A DNA stretch of 63,260 bases, counting the filler, from Salisapilia sapeloensis CBS 127946 (lineage: Eukaryota; Protista; Oomycota), in NCBI GenBank assembly GCA_023334545.1. It is 7 parts of 7 records of this genome, joined end to end, with 100 filler letters (N's around TTAATTAATTAA, not from the genome) between each part and the next. Parts side by side here need not be neighbours in the genome. Positions count along the whole stretch, not along the records: positions 46,509 to 61,937 come from JAADVB010000371.1; 6 more parts are not named here. One strand, written 5' to 3'. The notes beneath the pieces were generated by a model that was not told the origin of the DNA, searched no databases, and saw only the letters and a list, made by a program, of their open reading frames with translations. The translations under genes were made by a program, and so were the position numbers. Position 1 is the stretch's first letter, and the number at the start of each line of letters is the position of its first letter. Positions 47,488 to 58,244 of this stretch are shown one piece after another.

Positions 47488-47940
47488 ATGGTTCGCATGA
47501 GTGTGTTGGCTGACTGCCTTAAGACAATGTACAACGCCGAGAAGCGCGGAAAGCGTCAGGTGCTTATCCGCCCGTCCTCCAAGGTCATTGTCAAGTTCCT
47601 CCAGGTCATGCAGAAGAACGGTATGTAGCATATTGTCGTGATACAAAGTATCGAAAAAGAGTTCTAATGATCATGCGTAGGCTACATTGGTGAATTCGAG
47701 ATTATCGATGACCACCGTGCTGGCAAAATCATTGTCGAGCTCCGTGGCCGCATTAACAAGTGCGGTGTTATCTCTCCTCGCTTCGACGTCAAGATCGCCG
47801 ACTACGAGAAGTGGATTAACAACCTCCTCCCGTCCCGCCAGTTCGGTCACGTCGTTGTCAGCACGACGTACGGTATCATGGACCACCACGAGGCTCGCCG
47901 AAAGCACACTGGTGGCAAGATCCTCGGATTCTTCTACTAA
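47488..47940 (+). CDS. RPS15A: 40S ribosomal protein S15a (uS8), 130 aa, 2 exons
   Basis: join(47488..47620,47681..47940); [29 protein letters not shown]...QKN|[17 protein letters not shown]...GGKILGFFY; 60-bp intron. Missed by the ORF track. Confidence 0.97.
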
Positions 47941-48495
47941 GTCGACTAGTTTAGCCCTAGTTCATCGCTCAATCTAGCGAAGTGAAGACGGTGAAGGAAT
48001 AAACATCGGACGGTGCCAAATTCTCTCCACATCGTGGTTGTATTATGCCTTTTTACTGAAGTAAATGTTTGGATTCTGTTTCAACGTCAACTACGTTTTT
48101 TAACCCAAAAGGTCAATGCGTTGATCAGTAATCATGTAGTGGTAGTTGGGACGCTTTCAATTCCATGTAAGTTGAAGTAATTGGTTCGACTAGAAACTCA
48201 GTGGGAAACATTGCGAGTGTCTGGTATACTTGACGACTACAGCTTATTGTGATTCATAGGGTGCGTCTTCATTTCTTTACAGGCGCATCATTTGCTGCTA
48301 GTCTTTGTAGGATAAGTTCGAAGCCTATGACTTTCCTTCAAATGGAATATCATTTTATACCTATAGAAACATTCTAGTTTTTCCATCTATTTTTTAATTT
48401 TTTTATAAAGCATATTTTTGCTCTAGATTTAATTTTTCCTCAGTTTAGAAGGCACACCTTCGAAAGCAATATAAATACGTCCTTCTTATGCATTT

Positions 48496-50661
48496 TTATC
48501 CTTCCTTTTCGTAAGTTGCTAGTTCTTGCAATTCCTTGTCATTGACAAAACTTCGAATAGTTTGGCTACGAGGAAAAGCATCGATACGAGCTGCTGTAGC
48601 CCGCGCGCCGTTCGAGGCGTCTGGTTGGACGATCGCTCTGGATGAACCTGCAGCAGATAGTTTACGTCTTGTCATTACAGTTGAGTTCTGGCGCGAAATT
48701 GTAGCTAGAGCAGTCTTCACCACGGTCTTTTGCTCCATTGCGTCCAACCTCTCCTCAATAGCATTTAACCGAGAGTTCATTCGACATTTCATGTGATCAA
48801 TGTCGCCCGAGACTGCACTCACGTGGTTCATAAGCATTTGCATGGAATCGTGCATAGTGGTCGCCCATTCCGGTATGCCAACAGATTCAGCATGTCCTGA
48901 AGGAGATGGCAATGATGGCAATTGAACTTCATGCGAAGAATGCAGTTTGCGTTTAAAGCTTCCGTGATTCGATGCTTGTACGTTGCCAACACATCGGCTC
49001 GCTTCACTCACACCAGTCGGATATTCATTATTTTCATCGTGCTTAGGCAACGGAGGTTGAATAGGTTGAGATGTTGGACTGGAAGATAGACTATTCAAAT
49101 CCCCCGTCGGCTCGATTTTCCGGCTCATACTACGACGGCGGATCCGATGACGACCCATTTGAGAGTGAAAGAGCTCTGTTAGCTCTTGGACTTTGGCGCG
49201 AATATATTCGACATTCACTTCCATCATTTCCAGCATAGTCAACTGTCGATCAAATGGGTCACTGACGTCATGTGAATTCACATAGCGCTTTGTTCTTCGG
49301 TAGGCGCGTAATACTTCATACAGCTTTTTCTCAGCGTTTTTAACATCACTAGCTGCGCAAGCTTTGGCCATTTTTTCTCTACTAGCTCCAAATAAAATCG
49401 ATATGCGGTAAAATACGCTACGCACGTGGTGTGAGTTATTTCCATCAGGATTTTGGCTACGGTGCTGTGCTGCACGCAGTTGGATAAATGATTGGATCGT
49501 ACGAGCAGCTTCATTGCTAACAACTCGACGGTATTCATCCTTCTTCAGAAACGTGTTCACTTTGTGCTCTGACCGTGTCAAGACTAAGTAATTGCTGATC
49601 ACAGCAATAGTAACTGCTGTCAAGAGCGTTCCGAAGAGACCGGCAATCACAGCAAAAGATCGACCCGGGATTGTGCTTGGCACGACATCTCCATAGCCGA
49701 TTGTAAGGATAGTCACGAATAGAGACCAGAGCGCATCGGCCAGCGAAAGTGGTTGACAACAAGAGTCTGCTACAAAGGCGCACAAGTACCGTTCAACAAC
49801 AAAAAGAGAATACCCAGTCACGCAGACGAGAATAAGGAAACTCCATACTAGACACCGGATTGGATGATTTTTCAGAGTGGACTTGAGCAGGAAAGTAGCA
49901 GTAAAGTCAACTTTCGTGAGCGATCCGATAAACCATCCGTTCGTAGTATTAAACGAGTGCCGAAATTGAACTACTCGAAGTAGTAGTGCGACCCGGATGA
50001 GCATGACAAGACTCGTAGCAACAAGAGCGGTTGGCCATGTCCCATCAATTGTGTCAACACCTACAAATGGATGCACTGCTAGCAATGACCACTCTAGCAA
50101 AAGTGGATTCCGAAGTGAAGAACCGAATAATGTAGCTTTCGGTGGTAGGATGTTCTTAATCTTCAAAACCTCACACTCTGCGTCGTAGAATGCATAGACA
50201 TAGTACAGCAAAATTGCTGTCGAAAAAGATATAAGAACACGAACAGCATGCATGACGTTCCTTCCTTCCTTCACTGGAATATGCTCTGCTAGTCCCCTAT
50301 CCTTCGTCTCCCCATAAGCTTCTAATAAAGATGAATAACATTGTGGACATCCAGTTGACGAATCGAGTGGGCATGGGATATAAATTTTGTTCGTGCTTGT
50401 AGTCCATATATATTCAACTTGCACAATCATGAGCAAGATTCCAAACATAGCGTAAAAGAGCTGGAGTGTTGTGTAGCGCTTCTGAGCTTTTACAAGTCGT
50501 ACTCGCCGTTCCTGTACGCTAGTATCTGCATCTGTTATCGTAGCCAGTTTTACAGACGCTTTGCTCACTTGCGATATTGGTACCGGCAATGGTCGTGGAC
50601 TTGATTTCCCCATTGTCTCAGGAATAGCCTCAGCAGGCATCACCTCATTCATGTTTGGCAT
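48496..50661 (-). CDS. small-conductance Ca2+-activated K+ channel (SK/KCNN-like)
   Basis: First ATG 50661. Six TM segments, S4-like MLIRVALLLRVVQF, pore LWSLFVTILTIGYGDVVP, and post-S6 LTRSEHKVNTFL...EAARTIQ resembling the SK calmodulin-binding domain. Confidence 0.88.
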   Translation of the reverse strand: MPNMNEVMPAEAIPETMGKSSPRPLPVPISQVSKASVKLATITDADTSVQERRVRLVKAQKRYTTLQLFYAMFGILLMIVQVEYIWTTSTNKIYIPCPLDSSTGCPQCYSSLLEAYGETKDRGLAEHIPVKEGRNVMHAVRVLISFSTAILLYYVYAFYDAECEVLKIKNILPPKATLFGSSLRNPLLLEWSLLAVHPFVGVDTIDGTWPTALVATSLVMLIRVALLLRVVQFRHSFNTTNGWFIGSLTKVDFTATFLLKSTLKNHPIRCLVWSFLILVCVTGYSLFVVERYLCAFVADSCCQPLSLADALWSLFVTILTIGYGDVVPSTIPGRSFAVIAGLFGTLLTAVTIAVISNYLVLTRSEHKVNTFLKKDEYRRVVSNEAARTIQSFIQLRAAQHRSQNPDGNNSHHVRSVFYRISILFGASREKMAKACAASDVKNAEKKLYEVLRAYRRTKRYVNSHDVSDPFDRQLTMLEMMEVNVEYIRAKVQELTELFHSQMGRHRIRRRSMSRKIEPTGDLNSLSSSPTSQPIQPPLPKHDENNEYPTGVSEASRCVGNVQASNHGSFKRKLHSSHEVQLPSLPSPSGHAESVGIPEWATTMHDSMQMLMNHVSAVSGDIDHMKCRMNSRLNAIEERLDAMEQKTVVKTALATISRQNSTVMTRRKLSAAGSSRAIVQPDASNGARATAARIDAFPRSQTIRSFVNDKELQELATYEKEG

Positions 50662-51066
50662 CGGGAAAAATGTGCGATATACCGCAGTAGCTTGATTTGC
50701 ATAAACACAAACTGTACTCAGCGAATTAGATAAACTCCCTAGATCGAGTAGTATTTCTGCCTTCTGCAAAGCCGGGTGGATTGCAAGAGGATGAGGTGGG
50801 CTTGGACAGCACGCGGGGAGACCGTTGCGTTACAGACTTTCGTCTTTTTGATACCACCACAGTATTTATGGTGTCGACCCTTTATAAAGCACAAAATCAT
50901 TGAATACGTGGGTTTGAGGGGAGTTTCATTCAGGACGAGGATTGATTCATCGCAGGAAACGAAACTTGGTCAGAAATGCTTCAACCGAACTTCAATACAT
51001 GCGACGCTTCAAGGAGTATTGGCATCATAAAGAGTCGCACAGACTGGATCGACGTAGCACGAAGCG

Positions 51067-52987
51067 ATGGCAAGATCAACGAGTGCTCTTATGATGAGCA
51101 TGGGAACCGTGAATGTATGGGGCTTTTCGCCTTCCTTCGATTTGAGCGTGAAGTATCCTGGCAAAGAAGTTACTAGCTACTTTCTAGCCGGAGCAGCGGA
51201 CATTCGTCACGTACTGCACACGCTTGCCAATCGTGCCCAATGCAGCATAGAGAATGGTTCACAGCACTTTTATATTCTTGAACACGCAGTGGAGCCGTTG
51301 GCTCGCCACCTACTTCTCTTGCAAGTAGCTTTGGACACTGAGGTGCCATTGCGTCAACGATGCAACCTCTTCTTGGAAATATTTGGCAATGCACGCATTC
51401 AGGTGTTTATTTGACTTATAGTCGTCAAGCATCATCCATGATTGCTAACTTGGGAACAGGAACGCACAGCAGAATACATAGAGAAACAGGCGAAGAAGCT
51501 TACTGAGTTTGTGCACAACGAGCGAGGTTCACTTGCTTCCATTGTCGATCTGTCGTGCCTCAAAATGCGCACACGAGACGAACTAGTCGATGTATTCAAT
51601 AGTTGGAGTCGAAAGTCTGCTTTTGAAGGTACATTAATTGCAATCAGATGGAGTCTTGGACGTGATCAGCTTATAAATGATGTTAGTGGAATCACTACGT
51701 GATCATCGTCTCCGGCATTATTACGACACGCGCTACGACTATAGAGATAACGTCATTGATTGGGACTATACAATGGTGTTGAAAAAGATCGATAACGCCA
51801 GTGTCATCCACATCAAACAATTCCGAGAGTGGCGCAATTCTGGCATCGCCTTCGAGTTTGGTGACCAAGTCTACTCACAGCCCAATCGCACAATGGCTTC
51901 TTATACAGAGGTATTATATGCTTCTTTCCAATCTTAGCGTTAGTGCTACATTGCCATTAATAGGCAACGAAGAAGAGACAAGGGTCGGTGCTCTGCCGTG
52001 GGCTGTGGACAGATATCGTTGTATCTCCATACATCTCATTTGGAGTCGACACCGATCGGTCGAATGGAAAGGACGCTGAACAGTTATTCGAAGTGCATAA
52101 CAAGGGGTCTGGGGTAGAGCAGAATCGACATGTCAGTATATTGTCGAGATAACTGGCATACAACAAATTAATTTTGCTATGTGGTAGAACACGGTCGAGG
52201 TGTCCGTATATAATGTGCTTTCGTGGCTATATGCACTTGAGACTGGCCACAAATATGAGATGTCAAAAGATCATGACATCTACAGTGGTCTAGGTGACGG
52301 TGAGCAAGCGACTCTGCCCCGTGTTGTCGAGCTATCTGAAGACGAAGATAACGAGCTGCCTGAGGAGTATACGATTTCTATTGTTAGTAACTTGGTAGAC
52401 GTAAACTCATTGTTGCCGTGTAGCAATGAAGGAGCTCCAGAAAAACTAGCCAGGATGCTTACTTCACTTCAAAATACCAAGGTAGGCGTTTAGTGCGCCA
52501 ATTGATTCATACCAACTAACCGGAAACTTGGATAATGACGACAGATTATCCCACTTTTGGGGAAAGTGGAGGACCTATATGGCAAGAAGCGGTATCGCCA
52601 CCTCTTTGACCACGCCTTCATCTCCACCCAATATGCGCATGCGATCAAAGGTAACCCTGAGACGGATGAGCGGGGAGACTTCACCTCATTGCTAAATGAC
52701 TCCTCCATCGTATCCGTTGAGTCCTCTACGTACGTGCTATGTTCCAAAATGGTTACTTTAAGCCACTAATTTCTCGGTTGTTAAACAGGTTTCTTCTGCC
52801 TCTATCGGACGACCAGCGAGTGGCGTATCTCGATAAACTCATGGAGATGGCTAACGCGGTAGATCTGAAAACAGCCTTCACGTGGAAGACTAATCAAGCA
52901 AGCAAGCAAGATCTCCTAGACATCCAGAAAGCCATTCTACCGTTCGAATTTCATCGAAGCGAGCATGGGGCTGCGGTAGTTGAGTAA
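51067..52987 (+). CDS. DNAAF3: dynein axonemal assembly factor 3 (PF22), multi-exon
   Basis: Exons 51067-51402, 51460-51628, 51687-51910, 51964-52131, 52188-52481 (possible extra intron 52367-52423), 52545-52729, 52789-52987; all introns 53-63 bp GT-AG. Motifs WGFSPSFDL, GAADIRHVL, LARHLLLL, RYDYRDNVIDWDY, RGLWTDIV. Confidence 0.9.
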
Positions 52988-53340
52988 CTTCAATAAGATC
53001 CACTTCAATTTCCTACCCAAATTTTCTATATCTCATCCATTCTTGCAGGTTCCAACGAGACGACTTTACCAATACAACCTTTTATAATGCATTATATGAA
53101 AATCGCATCGTTTCAAAGGATATACGTATATACAGGACTTTTAGTGACAAAGTGTTGACACCGGGATCGAAGATTCAAAACTTTAAGGACCTTTATCTGG
53201 CAAAAACAACGTTACACTTAATTTTTGTATGCTCCTGAGACCATTAACAGGAAGAGATCAATCGAAGCGACTGTTTCGTGCCACTTTCGTGTCTTCTCTC
53301 TCGCTGCCTCGCATACCTCGCATCGAAGGGATAGTCCAGC

Positions 53341-56300
53341 ATGGCGATGGAAGGCGAGAACCTAGCGCAGCAAGTGTGGCTTGGCAATTGGGCCAGTCAG
53401 GAGGATGACCCGAGCACGAACTACTCGGGCGACCATAAGCTCATGGAAGGCGCGCTCATTAAACTAGGAGACTATGCTCGTTTCAGATACTTTATACTCT
53501 ATCGTAATGGCCGGCTCTGCTACTATGAACTCCCGCTGCCGTCTACACCAGGTGCCGCGCCAGTGAAGCGAGTGCACTTAACCTTGACTGGTCAGCACTT
53601 GCGTGGTGTCATGATGCTCAACGCTTCGGTGCATGCGAAAGAAACTGTTGCAGGCACGGATGATGAGTTTGAAGCTGAGTTGATTAAACGCGGCATGCTG
53701 TTTAACCGTCGAAAGCTCGAATTGCATGTCACCGGGTACTCGCCGACAGGTCAGCTAATGAGCTGGCAGCTTCGAGCTGCATCCGATCAGGCGTATCGGA
53801 AATGGGAACGTGCGTTACGAGTAGCGATGCGTCCGATTTGGGTCCAGAACACGCCCTCGTGTCTCATCTGCCAGCGCACATTCACCTTCTTCTTCCGTCC
53901 GCATCACTGCCGGTATACTTTCTCAACTCGTTTCCCATCGTATCTGTCTTCATCTAGTCTGTGATAGGAAATGCGGAACATGTATGTGTGATGAATGCTC
54001 TGTGTTTGTACCACGACTGCCGATTCAAGGATATTACGAGCAAGTGCGTATCTGTCGAGACTGTTCGCCTGTCAAAGTACGTAAATCAGCTCTGAAAATG
54101 GGCACACGAGTGCTTGTCTATGGCATTTTTCCCGGTCGCGTCCTTCAAGTGGATGCTGCAGACGATTCAGATGACAGTAAAGCCTTTGTCCAAGTCGCTC
54201 TCGATACGCGGAGTCCGATGCAAAGCATACAGGAAGAAAATAACGTCGAACAGGAAGAAGATAGCTCTACAGAAGACGAGAGTGAGGGCGCTGAACGCCA
54301 GAATGTCCGTCGATTCTCGCTAGAATTTGTCGAGTTGTATTCAGAAGCGGTCTTGTCTGCGAATCGGATCAAAAGTGCCATTCGTCTCCATCTATCCCAA
54401 ACACTATTCCGTACGCAACTAAATTTTAGTACTTGGAACCTCTTGGAACAAGCACAAGAGCAGGAAACAGTGCAGATGGTGCGTATATTGAACAAATCGA
54501 CCAGTATGAACGAACTGAGCTCCATGGTCCCGAGTCTCGGGTCTTTTGAGAACACCTACTCGTTTCCAAGCGACGACACGAATGAACAGGAGCAAGTTAA
54601 AGCTTCGTTGGAACACTATCGAGGCATCCACGTTACATTCCCACTACGTCTAGAGCTCGCAACGAAACTCATCGACCAATTCCGCAATGGCATTCAAATG
54701 CATCGCGTCTACGTCCATCAGATCTTGGAAGAGAGTGAAAAGATGCTACGACAAGTCCATCCATGCGCTTTGAATGAAATCCAGGTCCCAACCGGTGTCA
54801 CGCTCGTCGTTGTAGGCGACTTGCATGGACAATTAGAAGACCTGTTGACGATCTTCGACCAGAATGGTGTGCCGAGTAGTAAGCTCTGGTACCTGTTTAA
54901 CGGCGACTTTGTCGATCGTGGATCCCATGGCGTCGAAGTCATGATCCTATTGCTTGTCTTCAAGTGTTTATACCCAGAGTATGTCTTTTTAAACCGTGGG
55001 AATCATGAAGAGCAGATGATCAACGAAGTCTTTGGCTTTGAAGACGAAGTCTTTATCAAGTACAATACCGAGAATGATGAAATCGCAGGCTGGGATGGCC
55101 TCAGTGCCTCACCGAATTACTCTCCACAGCACCTCTTTCAAATGTTTGAAGAAGTCTTTTTGCGTCTCCCGATCGTCTCGCTCGTGAATGAAAGTGTCCT
55201 CATCACACATGGCGGACTAAGTAGTCTCGAAGGCGTGACGATAGATGAGATTCGAGCCATTCCACACAATCGCTCGGTTCCGACACAAAGTGACGAGCGA
55301 GCAGACATTTTGTTCACGGACTTGTTGTGGAGTGACCCGCGAGAGATGAACGGCCATCGTCCATCCACACGTGGTGCAGGGGTCGAGTTCGGTAGTGAAA
55401 TCACGAAACGATTCTGCGCAGATAACAAGTTGAATCTAATCATTCGGTCGCATGAATGTTGCGAACAAGGGTACGAAATCGCGCATGAAGGTCTGATGCT
55501 CACGATCTTCTCTGCTTCCAACTATTGTGGTTCCCAAACAAATAAAGGTGCAGTCGCGTCGTTAGAAGTCGGATCGAATGGACAACTTAAGCCACATGTG
55601 ACGCAATTCTATTCCAAACCGTTGCAAAAGCTACAGGAAGCTGGGAAGAATGAATGGAGGCAAAAGGCAATACGACTTCAACATCGGACACTTGTGTCGC
55701 TCGTAGAACTCATTTGTGAAAAACGGAATCCGCTACTGACAGCATTTTATGCTCTCGACAAGCAACGACGTGGACGAGTGAGTAAGCTCGAGTGGAAAGA
55801 GACGTTGACGAAAGTCTTGGGACTCGACATCCCGTTCCTCTTGTACTTTAATCAGTTGGCACAAGTAGAACAAGATAGTCTAGGAGGTGTAGACTACCTT
55901 GCGTTCTTAAATCGATATCACGTCCAGTTGGATGCGAATGGCGTCGACTGGAAGAAAGAGCTCGTGCGAAACGTCTGGATGGGCTTTTGGCATGCGTTGA
56001 AACAAACGTCCGAGACGCCGATGGACGGTCGGACGCCAGACGAACGTCTGCATGCTGCGTTCAATCTCTTCCAGGCAGAACCTCTACCTCCAGGTGTTGA
56101 AGCAGAGAACGGTGAAGACGCGACACCTCAGAAGAACAATGCGTACTACTCAAGTCGAGGACTCGTGACCTATGATGTGTTCCGGACGACACTACAAGAG
56201 AAATTGGAGCTGAATGAAACGCTGTCGGATCAACAGATCTTTGAGCTGATGCAGCACATGGACGAAGATAAGGATGGACTGCTGTCGTTTGAAGAGTTTG

Positions 56301-57133
56301 CATCGTTCTTTGCAGACTTTAGTCGACTCGACTTCTTACCACAACTCTTTGACTTGGATGATGCACGAGCTGTCGAGCTATTGCATCGCTTCGGATCGAA
56401 GCTGCAGGATACTAGTAAAAGTCTCGAAGATGTTTTCAATCGCATGGATCGACATAAGACGAAGCATCTAGATGCACAAGACATTCGGCTAGGTGCAGAT
56501 GACTTGGATGTACAGCCGAAGTTGACAGAGGAAGATGCCAACCTCTTAGTGTCAGCAATTCAACGTAGTTTCCATGGTATCACACGAAAGAACTCGACGA
56601 GTTCCTTGAAGGAAGAGGAAGATGATGGCGTCGAGTGGTCCATGTTCCAAGACGTTTTCTCTCTTGATAGTACTGAGCAACGAAAGCTCTGGATGACGAG
56701 TTTAAGTGCCTCCGGTACGAACCTCGCGGCGTTGGATCAACCTGCTTCTGGAGGTGGAGAGGCGTGGAGAGCAGCCGCCTTGTCTCCTCGACGAGGAAGG
56801 AATAGTAGTTGGGTGGAAGCCTTGGTAGCTAGTGTCAAGCACTCGTTGCTAGAGCAGCGTCTGTATCTAAAGTTTATCTTCCGCGCACTTGATTGGAAAC
56901 GCAAGGGCGTAGTGCCACGAGATAAGTTTGTGTCCGTCATGAAGTATGCGAATGATGCATATGGATGTCCGCTGCAGACTAGTCAGTTGGAGCAATTGGC
57001 AGATGCATTTGTAAGACGTGCGCCACCGAGGTCAAAGAAGGATTTGTTTGCTGATACACCAGAGCAGGAAAGGATACCGGATGTGTCGTACACTGCGCTT
57101 TTGCAACAGTTACGAGCAGTCGAGTCGACGTAG
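53341..57133 (+). CDS. PPEF: PH-FYVE-IQ-PPP phosphatase-EF-hand fusion (PPEF/PP7/rdgC family), 1245 aa, 2 exons
   Basis: join(53341..53912,53968..57133); a 55-bp intron splits the FYVE (HHCR|KCGTCMCDEC). PPP motifs GDLHGQ, GDFVDRG, RGNHEE, RSHE, FSASNYCG; EF-hands e.g. DEDKDGLLSFEEF. Confidence 0.9.
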
Positions 57134-57317
57134 GTTATAAAGATGGAATATAATGTCTCTTGCTTCGTTCTCGTTTGGTAAATTGGATATAGATGGTCTA
57201 GTAGACAAGTGCTTGCATCTCGTATGGGCTGATTGAGCTATATCTGTAGGTAGTTACAAGATGATACTATTGAAACGACCGAGGTAAAGACGCTTGTACG
57301 GCTTGAGTTGGAAGCTT

Positions 57318-58121
57318 ATGAATCAAAACGAGAATGGAGAGATTGAAGAGGCCAAGGATGCTCCAGAAGTGTCGACACAGACCAAGCTGAATCAACTTCT
57401 TGCTGACTTTGCGGCATTTGATGATGCGATGCGAGAGAGTACGCGACTGAGGAGAGAAAAGGATGAACAAAAGTTGGCTGAGTTACGACAGGAGATTACT
57501 TGTTTGGAAGAAAAGCTTGGTGGACGAGTGATGCAACGAGAGGAAACGACGCAGCGCTTGAAGCAGTATTGTGATGATCAAGTAGAACAAATGAGTGGGC
57601 AGTTTGAAGAGTTGATCAAGACTAGAGCAGAGCAAACGCAGGAGCGACTAGATCAGCTAGCTGCAGATATCCAGAAGCTGGACGAGGCGGTGGAGGATCA
57701 GAAGAAAGAGTTACCACGTATGATTGAAGAGCGTACGAATGACTTGACGCAAAGGCTAAATGACTTTATGGATGTCTTCGATGCAGAAGTGAAGCGCCGA
57801 TCGGAGCAAGAGGATATGATGCAGAAACGGTTGACAGACCACGAAGTAGCTGTCACGGACGAGTTCGATAGAGAACGTCGTGATCGTGAGATCAAGTATA
57901 CCGCCTTGAAAGACGCTTTAGACGCTTACACAGCAACACGCGTTCGAGGTGACGACCGCTTCGCAGTCTTTGCAAAAGAAGAGTCCAAGCGACTGCATGC
58001 AGCTATTGCAGCCGAGTCCGACGCTAGGGAGCGGGAGGATGATGAAATCTTAGAGGCACTGCATCGATACACTGCCAAGATCCAGGACAGTCTTAAGGTT
58101 ATCGCCGGTCCTGGAGACTAG
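57318..58121 (+). CDS. SF-assemblin / beta-giardin family striated-fibre protein
   Basis: All-coiled-coil protein with TKLNQLLADFAAFDDAMR...RREKDE and C-terminal EREREDDEILEALHRYTAKIQDSLKVI. The start may lie in an upstream exon. Confidence 0.85.
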   Translation: MNQNENGEIEEAKDAPEVSTQTKLNQLLADFAAFDDAMRESTRLRREKDEQKLAELRQEITCLEEKLGGRVMQREETTQRLKQYCDDQVEQMSGQFEELIKTRAEQTQERLDQLAADIQKLDEAVEDQKKELPRMIEERTNDLTQRLNDFMDVFDAEVKRRSEQEDMMQKRLTDHEVAVTDEFDRERRDREIKYTALKDALDAYTATRVRGDDRFAVFAKEESKRLHAAIAAESDAREREDDEILEALHRYTAKIQDSLKVIAGPGD

Positions 58122-58244
58122 TATAGACTCTACAAGTACGATAGGTACTCTTATAAACCTAGCGAAATGTCAAACCTGACTGTGCATGATCCACCTTCAA
58201 GTGTCCGTGTAGGATTCCACTAGATCATTATCAGAAATTAAAGG

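Noticed and set aside
48180-48200. GGTTCGA T-loop-like motif (tRNA)
   Set aside because: No acceptor, D or anticodon stems around it; no tRNA or rRNA gene recognised anywhere in the window.
49374-49430. Possible intron in the SK channel C-terminus
   Set aside because: Candidate GT-AG lengths (44 or 47 bp) would break the frame, while the ORF is open without splicing.
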